Counted from the stretch's first letter, positions 1-9,612 are shown. The stretch is DNA of 64,000 bases from Rhodothermaceae bacterium (GCA_009841335.1 VXLY01000105.1:4136-68135), one strand, 5' to 3'. Notes: a model not told the origin generated them from the sequence alone. Made by a program: numbers and translations.

Positions 1-2580
1 CGTTACGAGTCTAACGGGCTGACGCAGGCTTTGCATGGCTTTATTGATCGCCTACCGCATCCCACGTCAACGGATACTAGTCAGCCACTTGCTGAGCTTG
101 TCAGGGATTTCGGAACAAGGCTTGATCACCCTCCCTTTGTTGATCCGAACTACTGCCGCATCTCGGAGGTCTTCTCTTGGTTACTTGGCACAGCCATCCA
201 TGCGATAGAGAGACTCGTATCCGCCCATTCAGAAGTGGCAATGCAGGATCATGGAATCGCGATTATACTCAAGCGTTCGGCTGCACGCGGTTGGGAAGGC
301 TCGAGCATTGATGACTACCAGGACAGTTTGGACAAATTGATTCCAGCTTGGCCCGAGTTGAACGACATCCTCTTTTGGAAATGTGTAGGGCAAGTACGGG
401 AACGGATGGAGAATGACGGGGAGCGGCTAAACAATGTACTACAGGTCCTACTCCCCGAACCGTATTGGTCATTTGGAACTGACGCTTTGCCCCGAGTACT
501 TGAATGGGTTAGAAAACGCGAACTGGAAGACGACCGCCATATTGCAATCTCGCTCGCCGTTCACATCTACGCAGAAGGGGGAAGACGTGTCGACACGCTT
601 ACCCGACTACAGGACGCTATTTCAGGTGATACTGAACTGGATGCGCGGCTGCATCAATTGCTTAATCCCAGCATATCGGAGCACGAACGCAAGCTCCAAC
701 AACAGAATTCGGAGATTAGGCAGCAGCGAGAGCAAATGAACCTCGAGCAAGAGCAAATAAAGGCAGATTGGATTGCGCACCTCAGGGCAAATCCCGACTG
801 TATTCGAATTCCTCCGGGGATGGGGCCCGGCGGGTTTAGTGGTGATCAATACTGGCTACTCAGAGAAGTAGAAGGTAGCGGCCATCAATCAAGCCGCTAC
901 GAAGGTGCAGCATGGGAATCCCTTATAGATGAATTTGGGATCGATGTCGCCCATGCGTACCGAGACGCCGCCATGAGACATTGGCGGCATTATAAACCCG
1001 AACTTCGATCAGAAAACCCGTTAGTCCAGCCAGATAGTTCTACCGGACAAGTCATTCCTTATTCTCTGCTCTTCGCCCTCGCAGGTCTCGAAATTGAGGC
1101 GAAGGAAGTAAGAGAATTTCCAAAGCACCTGAGCGATTCTGAGGTGTCTCACGCCCTACGCTACATCACTATGGAATTGAACGGCTTCCCGTCTTGGCTG
1201 GAGGCAATGTACCGAGCACGCCCTCAGGCGGTGATAGAAGCCACTAAGACTGAACTTTTCTGGGAATTGACCAACACACGACCCGGTCAACACATCCATT
1301 ATATCCTCGACGACATTAGATTCAGCGCTCCTTGGCTGCACTCCCCAATCGCCGAACCGTTGCTTGAATGGATGCGTGTACATGACGTGCCGAGCATTGA
1401 AAAACTAAGTGCCTGCCTCAGCATTTTGAGAGGCAGCGATGTGGATCCGCCGCAACTCGCCATGGTCGCGCAATCCAAAATTGCAGCTGGGCAGCCCAAA
1501 GAGCGTCTCCCGTACTGGTACGCTTTGTGGGTCGATTCCGAACCAGATACAGGTATTCCGAGCGCCGCCAACTGGCTCGATTGTTTCGATTCTCTCAGGG
1601 AGAGTTCACACGCTGCGCAACTCTTTGTTTCTACACTATTGGGCACCACCGGCGGAAGAAGTAGTGGGCCCTATATTGAGAACTTCAGAACGGCCGCGCA
1701 CCTCAAGGCTCTGTATGTGCTGATGCATAGACATATTCGTTTGGAGGACGACATTGATCGACCCGCCGGTAGAGGGTATACACCCGGATTACGTGACAAT
1801 GCCCAAGACGCGCGTAACTCATTATTCAGATTTCTGTCGGAGATTCCCGGTAAAGCGGCCTATGTCGCAATCAACGAACTTGCAGAAGAGCATCCCGACC
1901 CTGATGCTCGACTCTGGATGGCAAGACACGCATATAATCGTGCAGAGCAGGATGGCGATCTTGAGCCACTGACCGCAGACCAGGTCCATGAGCTTAACTC
2001 CAAGCTCACACTAACACCGTCAACCCACCGCCAACTGTTTGATCTGGCGATTAATCGCCTGACGGATCTCAAGGACTGGATTGAGCACGGCTTTGATAGC
2101 CAGTACGTGACTTGGCAGAAAGCCCAAAATGAAAGCGAATTGCGGAATCTCGTGGCCGGTTGGCTTAACCAGAATTGTAGTAACACATTCACGACTGCAC
2201 AAGAACTCGAGCTGGCGAATGGTCAGCGAATAGATATCTGTCTACAAAACGACAATGTTCGATCTCCAGTCCCGATAGAACTCAAAATGCTCAACAAATC
2301 CTGGACGGGACGAGACCTATGCGAGGGGCTATGCAACCAACTTGCGACTGATTACCTCCGACATGAGAAAGAGGGTTGCGGCGTAATGCTCCTTGTCTGG
2401 GGAGGAACTAGTAGGCCTGAGCGAACGTGGCAGATCAACGGTAGACGCGTGGGTGTGTCGGATCTCCAGGAAGTCCTTGATGGCTATTGGGTTAAGATCT
2501 CGAATGGCTTTCAGAATGTTGCGGCCATCAAAATCATCGTGATCGATATGACTATCAGAGCAGACTTTTCAAATACGTGA
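1..2580 (+). CDS. C-terminal part (5'-truncated by window edge) of a large putative defence protein with a C-terminal PD-(D/E)XK-like nuclease domain
   Basis: Frame is open from base 1 (RYESNGLTQALHGF...). C-terminal ELELANGQRIDICL...VPIELK...NQLATDYL...GVMLLVW fits a restriction-endonuclease-like D...ExK motif. The NTPase domain expected in such proteins is not visible in the window. Confidence 0.65.
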   Translation, partial: RYESNGLTQALHGFIDRLPHPTSTDTSQPLAELVRDFGTRLDHPPFVDPNYCRISEVFSWLLGTAIHAIERLVSAHSEVAMQDHGIAIILKRSAARGWEGSSIDDYQDSLDKLIPAWPELNDILFWKCVGQVRERMENDGERLNNVLQVLLPEPYWSFGTDALPRVLEWVRKRELEDDRHIAISLAVHIYAEGGRRVDTLTRLQDAISGDTELDARLHQLLNPSISEHERKLQQQNSEIRQQREQMNLEQEQIKADWIAHLRANPDCIRIPPGMGPGGFSGDQYWLLREVEGSGHQSSRYEGAAWESLIDEFGIDVAHAYRDAAMRHWRHYKPELRSENPLVQPDSSTGQVIPYSLLFALAGLEIEAKEVREFPKHLSDSEVSHALRYITMELNGFPSWLEAMYRARPQAVIEATKTELFWELTNTRPGQHIHYILDDIRFSAPWLHSPIAEPLLEWMRVHDVPSIEKLSACLSILRGSDVDPPQLAMVAQSKIAAGQPKERLPYWYALWVDSEPDTGIPSAANWLDCFDSLRESSHAAQLFVSTLLGTTGGRSSGPYIENFRTAAHLKALYVLMHRHIRLEDDIDRPAGRGYTPGLRDNAQDARNSLFRFLSEIPGKAAYVAINELAEEHPDPDARLWMARHAYNRAEQDGDLEPLTADQVHELNSKLTLTPSTHRQLFDLAINRLTDLKDWIEHGFDSQYVTWQKAQNESELRNLVAGWLNQNCSNTFTTAQELELANGQRIDICLQNDNVRSPVPIELKMLNKSWTGRDLCEGLCNQLATDYLRHEKEGCGVMLLVWGGTSRPERTWQINGRRVGVSDLQEVLDGYWVKISNGFQNVAAIKIIVIDMTIRADFSNT

Positions 2581-2672
2581 GTTCAGGTCCGACAGACTCT
2601 TGGAGCTGTCTGTATCAACCAATCTGGTTTGATTGAGATTCCGGGATATCAAAATGTGCGGTAATGCCGCGC

Positions 2673-5600
2673 TCAGGGTATGACGGCTTGCTGTTTAAGT
2701 GCCTGTAGACGACGGTCCGTTTCAAGGTTGGGATTTGCCATCACCAGTCGATCAATCAAGTCTGGAAGGAAATAGAAGTCGCTGGTGCTACTACGACCGT
2801 AGACGTCCCATAACAACCCAAGGGTTTCACTGGGGAACATCTCAGGCATATCGGACTCGGCAATGACATGAAGTCCAGAGAAGGATGAAGATCTGGGGAC
2901 GATATATGGTTCCAAGAACCTGCATGCCTGAGGGAATTTATTGCCAGCGCCAACGGCCAACTTCAGGAGATTGGATGTGTGTCTCGTACTCCAGAATTTG
3001 CCTTCATTTGGCCAGATTTTCTCGAAGAAGGGGACAACCGTACTTGACCAAGCCGCTTCTGGATTATCTCTTTCACATTTAGATCGGTAACTTAATACGT
3101 CATTCAATACTTCGAGTGCACCTACAAGGAGGGCGGGAGATGACCTTTTCAAGACGCCAGTCGCATCTGCAGCAGTAATACCCCACTGAACTGTTGTGTC
3201 GGCGTCCTGCTCAATGTTGGCCAGTGCTGGAAGGACAACCCATGATGCGACTTTGCGGCGAGCGCGATCGTGGTCCCAACCCCACTCCAATAGGCCCTTA
3301 AGAAGTGCATCCTTGATATGAGTCGTAGCCAAAGCACTGGTGGGGTGATATTGTAGTATGATTATACGTAGCTTTTTCCCTTCTTCATTTTCAGCGTGTA
3401 GAACAGGTTTGAGGTTTTCAACAACAACTGAGAGTCCACAGTGGATCAGGAATGCGATATTACGCACAAGCACTGCGCGTCCCACAAGACCGACTGTACC
3501 CGGATACTCAGTGATTCGAATGAGGAGTTGGAATTGTTGGGTCGTTGGAATGCGGCCTTCTTTGAACAGGGCCTCAATTTTCAAGAGAAGCACCTCTGTT
3601 AGTTGGCCTGCTGGGGATTGAGTCGCTTGTTTGTATAGGTCGTCCTGATGGTCTGTCTCCTGCTCAGGGTGTTGTTCGAGAGATTCCCATAGCCTAACGA
3701 CCCACCCATCAAGCGTAGAAGAATTGCTCTCCCATGTCTGGCGAACTAAGGTGCAGAGAGCGGGCAAAACTGAGTGCAGGTCCTTTGTTTTTGCCTTGAA
3801 CAAATGTCCAAGTGCCCGTGCTGATAGGTTTTCACATTGTTGAGTACTAGATGAGTCGCTAGATGCTAAGACGTACAATAGCGTGTTCCATAGTTCGCTG
3901 TCGGCAAGATCAAAAGCTCTCTGTAATAGCGTGTCCAGTGCCCCTACCGGATCGCTCCGGCAATAAGTAGCCCATCCCTCTCGCTCCTCCAGATCACGAC
4001 TTGCAATCTGTTTTCGCGCAACTTGCAGGCGATCCTCTTCCTGTGCCTGTACAATGGGCGTAGGATCACCGACTATCAGTCGTGCCTGGGATATGTAAGT
4101 GCCGAAAAAGTCCCGGTCTTCTATCGCTCGATCCAAGTGGCTGCGGCGTTCAATAATTGACTCAAGTTCATTGGCGCCGATAGGCGATAGGGCATCAGCG
4201 TCTTCCAGTATCCTGAGAAGAAGCCACACCGCGTTGTCCCGTGCATGTTCTCGCCAATCGGATTCGTTTGGTTGCAATGTATATCGCCCGTAATAACTAC
4301 GGCTGCTATCACGGATCAACAGTTCAAATTCCCTCACCAATTCAGGCGCAGCGTTTCCAGCCCGATCTCTGATCAGGAGTGCTGATTCCCGGCGCAACCG
4401 CCAGAAATCCTGTTCGGAGACAGACAGCAATATTGAAATTGCATCGTCTGCACTGAACAGCGCGGGGTTTCGCATGGCGTGAAGGTAAAGACGGAGCCCA
4501 ATTCGCCCAGGAAAATGCTTCCAGCATTCCACGATGCATTTAGTGCCCTCGGGATCCAAAGTATGTGCTTTGGTCAGGCATTTGCTGAGAAGCTGGACAA
4601 GAAAGACCTTCCCCCCATGCGATTCATTTTGGAGATGGCTTTCTACAGAAGGCACCGCCCAGTCATTGTAGTCATGCTCATCATGAATCAGTCCGAGTTC
4701 CTTTTCGAGTTCAAGTATGGACCGCAATTCCCAAGTGGCAAGTTCGAGAATACGCTGAGTGTGATCTGACATCTTGCACAGCGAATTAGCTAACTCCTCG
4801 GCCTCTTTATAGTCGGAAACATCAATGCGTGCATTCAAGATGGAAGCCAAAGGGTGCCCACGATTTGCCAGTTCCCGTGCGCGGGGGCTCCGGCCCAGTT
4901 CCAGCTTCGGTGCTAGCTGGGCTACCGCCAAACGTAAATCGCAGTCCAGGACTATCTCGTTATTGAGAGGCATCTGCACTCGGGAGAAGGCTGTATCGTT
5001 ACGCTGCGCCGGAACGGCGAGGCAAAAGAGTCGCCATACTTTCTTCCAGTCCTGATCCAAGTTATTCGCACGAGATAATATCGCAGCCATATGCTCCGTA
5101 AATGGCTGCCCCACCTGCCTCTGCCAACGCAACGCACAGTCGAATCTGTCAGTATTCTGTAGGTCCCTACCAACCCAGACAGAAACGAATCTGGCAATTT
5201 CGGCCTCATGCCATGCTCCATCTTGCCGAAAGAAATCAAACCATTTTGGGTCCATAATGGCATCTAGCGCGACCGACCAGAGATTTCTAGGTTTTTTAAG
5301 AAGCCATACTATTTCGTTCCGTGACTGCGGACACGATTCCGAAACATCCTGTTTTAGAATTGTGATTACACGCGATCGGAAGGCTTCCTGTTGGTATTCA
5401 ACCACATATACCAATTCCCTCAGGTCGCGCCATAACGTAGCATGGTCTTCTTCTCCAGTATTCTCGTTCATTTTGCAATATGGGAGAGCCTTGACAGCTA
5501 GAATTTGCCAAAATGCGACAGCCTCCTGCTTATCCTTATCATCCTTGTATTCAGCGAAAGCATATACCTGCCGCAGGTCAGAGAACCGGGTACGATCTGC

Positions 5601-6299
5601 CTCAAGTACGTTGAGCAAATAGCGTACGGGCACATCGTTGGCGCTGTATCCAACGAGTAAAATATCCCTGCAACGCACCAGATCAAAGAAAAAGCGTGAA
5701 GCCCAACCGGACCGCATATAAGCCTCTCCGAAATCGGTACTGGTTAGTACCAGTGGACTCTGTTCCAAGTCAAGTTCTGGGTCCGCCAACCGTCCGTGTA
5801 TATGCACGATGCCCGTAAAATCGGAACTGCCGGGCGCTGGCAATGCTTGGCCAGCAGAACTGATTTTCTTCAGGCAATCTTTGTCATTAAGGGTTACTGC
5901 AGCCCTCTCCAGCAGAGTGTCAAAGTTGGTCGTCACTACTATAATCCGGTTATCCAAATCCCGGGCAAGGCGGAGGATGGTGCAGTGATGATCAAGGCAT
6001 GCAGAAGTGGGCACAGCGAGCAGATCCGAAACCGATCGCGTAACCTTCTCAGGATCTGCCAGCCGTTGTCTGAGCGATCCCAGAACTTCCTCATACCGCT
6101 CAGCTTTGAACGCTATTTCCTCTGACTTCGACATATCCATCGAGAGTTCTTTGTACGTCCGCTCAACCAATCCCTTGAAATCTGGCAATTGCGGTCTGCT
6201 GATTCCCGAACCGCAGAGAAAAACCACCTCACCCTTCAATAGTGAGTCGACTAGGTCACCCGGGAATTCTGGCCCATCATTTGAAAAACGGAGAGACAT
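2673..6299 (-). CDS. SIR2-domain anti-phage protein, Dsr1-like (1208 aa)
   Basis: N-terminal sirtuin motifs GEVVFLCGSGIS, TTNFDTLLE, VHIHGRL, LVGYSAND. The start MSLRFSNDGPEFP and the long helical C-terminus resemble Dsr1/DUF4020-type proteins as I recall them. Confidence 0.85.
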   Translation of the reverse strand: MSLRFSNDGPEFPGDLVDSLLKGEVVFLCGSGISRPQLPDFKGLVERTYKELSMDMSKSEEIAFKAERYEEVLGSLRQRLADPEKVTRSVSDLLAVPTSACLDHHCTILRLARDLDNRIIVVTTNFDTLLERAAVTLNDKDCLKKISSAGQALPAPGSSDFTGIVHIHGRLADPELDLEQSPLVLTSTDFGEAYMRSGWASRFFFDLVRCRDILLVGYSANDVPVRYLLNVLEADRTRFSDLRQVYAFAEYKDDKDKQEAVAFWQILAVKALPYCKMNENTGEEDHATLWRDLRELVYVVEYQQEAFRSRVITILKQDVSESCPQSRNEIVWLLKKPRNLWSVALDAIMDPKWFDFFRQDGAWHEAEIARFVSVWVGRDLQNTDRFDCALRWQRQVGQPFTEHMAAILSRANNLDQDWKKVWRLFCLAVPAQRNDTAFSRVQMPLNNEIVLDCDLRLAVAQLAPKLELGRSPRARELANRGHPLASILNARIDVSDYKEAEELANSLCKMSDHTQRILELATWELRSILELEKELGLIHDEHDYNDWAVPSVESHLQNESHGGKVFLVQLLSKCLTKAHTLDPEGTKCIVECWKHFPGRIGLRLYLHAMRNPALFSADDAISILLSVSEQDFWRLRRESALLIRDRAGNAAPELVREFELLIRDSSRSYYGRYTLQPNESDWREHARDNAVWLLLRILEDADALSPIGANELESIIERRSHLDRAIEDRDFFGTYISQARLIVGDPTPIVQAQEEDRLQVARKQIASRDLEEREGWATYCRSDPVGALDTLLQRAFDLADSELWNTLLYVLASSDSSSTQQCENLSARALGHLFKAKTKDLHSVLPALCTLVRQTWESNSSTLDGWVVRLWESLEQHPEQETDHQDDLYKQATQSPAGQLTEVLLLKIEALFKEGRIPTTQQFQLLIRITEYPGTVGLVGRAVLVRNIAFLIHCGLSVVVENLKPVLHAENEEGKKLRIIILQYHPTSALATTHIKDALLKGLLEWGWDHDRARRKVASWVVLPALANIEQDADTTVQWGITAADATGVLKRSSPALLVGALEVLNDVLSYRSKCERDNPEAAWSSTVVPFFEKIWPNEGKFWSTRHTSNLLKLAVGAGNKFPQACRFLEPYIVPRSSSFSGLHVIAESDMPEMFPSETLGLLWDVYGRSSTSDFYFLPDLIDRLVMANPNLETDRRLQALKQQAVIP

Positions 6300-6364
6300 A
6301 TCTGTATTCTATTTGGTTGCGGGTACTTCCCTTGGAGGTTTAGGGTTTCCGACGGGGTGACTGT

Positions 6365-6392
6365 ATCGTACCTAGTCTCACTGGGTGGGCAA
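6365..6392 (-). promoter_or_regulatory. Putative sigma70-type promoter within the IS-like end, facing the SIR2 gene
   Basis: Minus strand TTGCCC (6392-6387), 16-bp spacer, TACGAT (6370-6365), about 65 bp upstream of the SIR2 start codon. Confidence 0.35.
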
Positions 6393-6433
6393 TTTGGATC
6401 TCACTGGGTGGGCAATTTGAATCTCAGTATACA
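6376..6433 (-). mobile_element. Orphan IS21-family-like terminal repeat (IS end without transposase)
   Basis: 23-bp tandem repeat TCTCACTGGGTGGGCAATTTG(G/A)A at 6376-6398 and 6399-6421, then TCTCAGTATACA. The reverse complement TGTATACTGAGATTCAAATTGCCCACC-CAGTGAGATCCAAATTGCCCACC has a TG start and reiterated internal boxes typical of IS21 ends. Confidence 0.6.
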
Positions 6434-6619
6434 ACGCCCCAAGGATGGAGCCAAATTACCGAGGACGGGATGATCGAACTCCAACGTTTAGGGGCGGCCC
6501 AGTTCAGCGTTTTGACAGTCCCACCCCCAGCGGAATACCCACCTTGGATGGCAACAAGTTGGAATCCCGAAAGTGGTCAGACGGTAGGGGGTAAACATCC
6601 CATTAGAATCACGCAAAAT

Positions 6620-7963
6620 CTACTTAAAGCGTCCTGCGCGAATTTTGCAAAAAAATTTCTTGCAAATCTGGCTGAGCTCACTTAGAAAGTCAGTGAAAAT
6701 GTTTGGGGCTGCCGCTTGGCTCATATAAGTTGGGTTTGGATCGATTTGCTTTGGCGTAGGGCCAAACCGAAAGTCATATGAAACGGTGTGGATAACTAGG
6801 CGATTAACACTTACCACTTTCAGGATGTCTTCTCTAATAGGTCTTCCGAATAATGCGACGTTTGAAAATGTTCCAGCCTTAATGTGTTCATGGAATTGTG
6901 GAATGCGACGCAAAGATCTCCCATAAATGGTTTCATTTGGCATTTGCCAGGTCCTGACTTTATTAAAGAACGAGGGATACAGTAAACCATCAAACCCAGC
7001 CTGATTAGCAGCGCGAGAAATGTCTCTGCTAATTTCATAGGAGTGTCTTGCCGCGTGAAACAACATGTTGATGGCCGTGTCCAGGCTCTCAAACTCTGTT
7101 TCCCCATCCTGATTGGGCAAAATCACCGTCAAGTCAAGTAGACGTAGATTACTCCTTGGAATAAGGGCCGCCAAATAAAGATCGTCTTCTGCGGTTACAC
7201 GACATTCATGAATGCAGGTGTCTATATCATCTGAGCAATACAAAACAGGCAGGTCTTTTGAGTCCAGTCGGCCATCCCCTACATGTTTTATCGGAGGACT
7301 GTCATATTCGAGATAGTCATCAGGGTCGCGGGGGTCTATCCTTAGGCGGTATAGGATTGTATCATGGGGTAGTATCCTTTCGGGATATTCTTCAAGGACA
7401 CGGTCTATTACGGCCATTCGGGTACAAGGATTTATCAAATCCTTCAACGGTTCTACCTCCCCCAACATCCAAAGGTTAGGGGCGTAATGGAAGAAGCGGA
7501 TCCGCCCCTTCTCACTGAGGAGGGCAACGTCATCTCTTAGTGATTCATCACCCTCGTAATCACCTTCCCGGGGCTGCATTTCATTGAATGCGATTAATGG
7601 GGCATCCCCATATCCCTGCTTAGGTCTCCACATACTCCCTCTCTCAAAAAACTGACGTGCCAGATGTTGGATTAAGTGATGTGTTAGTTTTTTCGTATCA
7701 CGCTCCCCACAGTGAGGACATGATAGTGCAAGTGGCACTGCTACACGTTCTGCATTCAATCGCAATCCATGGTTTGACAAGCAATTAGTACATATTAGTG
7801 GACGGTAACTATGAACCAAGTTACAAATCAGGATTGCTCCCAGGCGAGTCCTAATCGCATACTTCCCTACTACATCAAGAAAATGAAGAGCACGGTAAAT
7901 TCTACGGCGCAAATACCTGTAGAAAATTCGCATGGGGTTGAGAGATTTTTCATTATTGTCCAA
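6620..7963 (-). CDS. RES-domain protein with N-terminal CxxC...CxxC (Zn-finger-like) region
   Basis: LYRLR...DSPP...GDGRLDSKDLPVLYCS...CIHECR...RLLDLT...GFDGLLYPS carries the R, E and S signature. N-terminal ICTNC and SCPHC. Start codon uncertain. Confidence 0.8.
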   Translation of the reverse strand: MDNNEKSLNPMRIFYRYLRRRIYRALHFLDVVGKYAIRTRLGAILICNLVHSYRPLICTNCLSNHGLRLNAERVAVPLALSCPHCGERDTKKLTHHLIQHLARQFFERGSMWRPKQGYGDAPLIAFNEMQPREGDYEGDESLRDDVALLSEKGRIRFFHYAPNLWMLGEVEPLKDLINPCTRMAVIDRVLEEYPERILPHDTILYRLRIDPRDPDDYLEYDSPPIKHVGDGRLDSKDLPVLYCSDDIDTCIHECRVTAEDDLYLAALIPRSNLRLLDLTVILPNQDGETEFESLDTAINMLFHAARHSYEISRDISRAANQAGFDGLLYPSFFNKVRTWQMPNETIYGRSLRRIPQFHEHIKAGTFSNVALFGRPIREDILKVVSVNRLVIHTVSYDFRFGPTPKQIDPNPTYMSQAAAPNIFTDFLSELSQICKKFFCKIRAGRFK

Positions 7964-8005
7964 TTCATTTCAATTCGCCCGTCGGATTGGGTTGTTTGGG
8001 CCTAG

Positions 8006-8048
8006 ATCTCATATCAGCCAATCTATACGAAGGTGGATGATATGAGAT
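8006..8048. repeat. Perfect 11-bp inverted repeat (ATCTCATATCA / TGATATGAGAT) with 21-bp spacer
   Basis: Read directly at 8006-8016 and 8038-8048, in the FRG-RES intergenic region. Confidence 0.8.
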
Positions 8049-8133
8049 GCCTGTAAGTATAGCACTGAAAGAACAGGCGTTTCAGCCATTTTGCCACGCG
8101 GACCACTTATTCGTTCTTACCTTGTAGAAAGAT

Positions 8134-9612
8134 CTAGGTACTATAAATCTTTTTGGTTGCTTCCACTGCTTCATCAAGGCTGGGCAACAGGGTCTCCCGT
8201 GAGACATCAAGCAGGCGAAGTTCGTCATTGATCGTATCCTTGCTATCATGTGGTATTTCAAACGTGAAATGATCATAGATAAGGATATCGGAATTAAATT
8301 CCAGAACCATCTCCCTCTCCAATCTCTCATGGAACGCCGAAAGGAGGAAAGCTCCGCGTTGTGCCCTAATTCGCTCAAATGATTGCCTTGGCTCAACAAT
8401 AAAGACCTTAAAAAACAATTTTGGATTGGGGCAATAATCAAGATAGTATTTCTCTTTTCGCATCTCCCTCTGTAAACGCTCCATTGACATACTATAGACC
8501 AGTGACGCTCCGAACTTAGGATTCTCCTTCCCCAAAAGAGTCTGTTGGTCGTGATAAGGTAGCTTAGCAAAAGTTGACAAAATGCTAATCTCGTCACTGT
8601 TGGGGGATTTAATCATTTCACGAGGAACAGAAAATACATGCATCCGTCCAGGCCGCTTCTCCACACCACCCTCGCACGCCCAAAACAACGCGACCAAGGG
8701 GTTTCGTGTCAGGTCAAGTAGTCTGGTAGGTAGTCCATGATGCCGCGCGATCACCCATTCGTCAAATGCGGATGATGCATTTAAGAAATCATTTGGCCTC
8801 ATGGTTAAGACGTTTTGCAACAGGTCGTGTTCTTTCTCACGAAAAGTCCCTTGTCCGTTTTCGCGCTCACGCATAACAGACGGCCGTAGACCCCAGTTGT
8901 TTGCGGGTTCACCACGAAAATAGAACACTCGTTTAGGATACAGATTCTTTAGCGCTCTATATACGTTTAGCAGTTCCTCAATGCGCTGAATGTTGCATGT
9001 ATCACCTCCAGAGCCAAATGGGTTTGATGTTGGCTTGCTACTCGCTGACTTCGCGTAAAATAGTTTCGACTCCCACAAGTCAACACCGTAGAGTACAACA
9101 TCCGCCAAACCCACACCATATAAACCCGTGTTCATTACGTTAGCCCATGACATGACAGCCCCCCGCAGATTCGCACCCGAAAAATCAGCCTCGGTAAGGT
9201 TAGATCCTTCCAAATTAGCTTCCACGAGGTCTGCACAAGTCAGGACGGCATTGCGGAGACTTGCCCCTCTCAGACAAGCATTGTTAAGCATTGCATTGTC
9301 AAGGTTCGCCCCATCAAGCACCGCGTTCCTAAGGTAGGATTTTTCCAAGGTTGCATGCTGAAGTTTTGCATCCCGAAGGTCTGCTCCATGGTTTCCATAT
9401 CTCTCCCCCAGAATAGCACCACACATCTTCGCAGCAAAAAGATTAACACCGCGAAGGGGTATTCGCCCATCGTCATCAAGCATGTTGGCTTCGTCAAACG
9501 CCTTGTAAATGTTTACACCAGATAGGTCTGGAATAAAAGGGGACTGCTCTTGTCTATCGTTCCAGCTTTCTACCCCTTCCAGTATCCACTTAAGATGTTG
9601 AGAGTTTGCCAT
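8134..9612 (-). CDS. Pentapeptide-repeat / FRG-domain fusion protein
   Basis: Likely start MANSQHLKWILEGVESWN (ATG 9612). About 20 A(N/D/V)Lxx pentapeptides, then FRG motifs FYFRGE...LRPSVMR and ARHHGLPTRLLDLTRNPLVALFWAC. Confidence 0.85.
   Translation of the reverse strand: MANSQHLKWILEGVESWNDRQEQSPFIPDLSGVNIYKAFDEANMLDDDGRIPLRGVNLFAAKMCGAILGERYGNHGADLRDAKLQHATLEKSYLRNAVLDGANLDNAMLNNACLRGASLRNAVLTCADLVEANLEGSNLTEADFSGANLRGAVMSWANVMNTGLYGVGLADVVLYGVDLWESKLFYAKSASSKPTSNPFGSGGDTCNIQRIEELLNVYRALKNLYPKRVFYFRGEPANNWGLRPSVMRERENGQGTFREKEHDLLQNVLTMRPNDFLNASSAFDEWVIARHHGLPTRLLDLTRNPLVALFWACEGGVEKRPGRMHVFSVPREMIKSPNSDEISILSTFAKLPYHDQQTLLGKENPKFGASLVYSMSMERLQREMRKEKYYLDYCPNPKLFFKVFIVEPRQSFERIRAQRGAFLLSAFHERLEREMVLEFNSDILIYDHFTFEIPHDSKDTINDELRLLDVSRETLLPSLDEAVEATKKIYST

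Noticed and set aside
6376-6426. 23-bp tandem repeat as a mini-CRISPR or iteron
   Set aside because: Units are directly adjacent with no spacer, only two copies, and end in TACA like an IS21 end.
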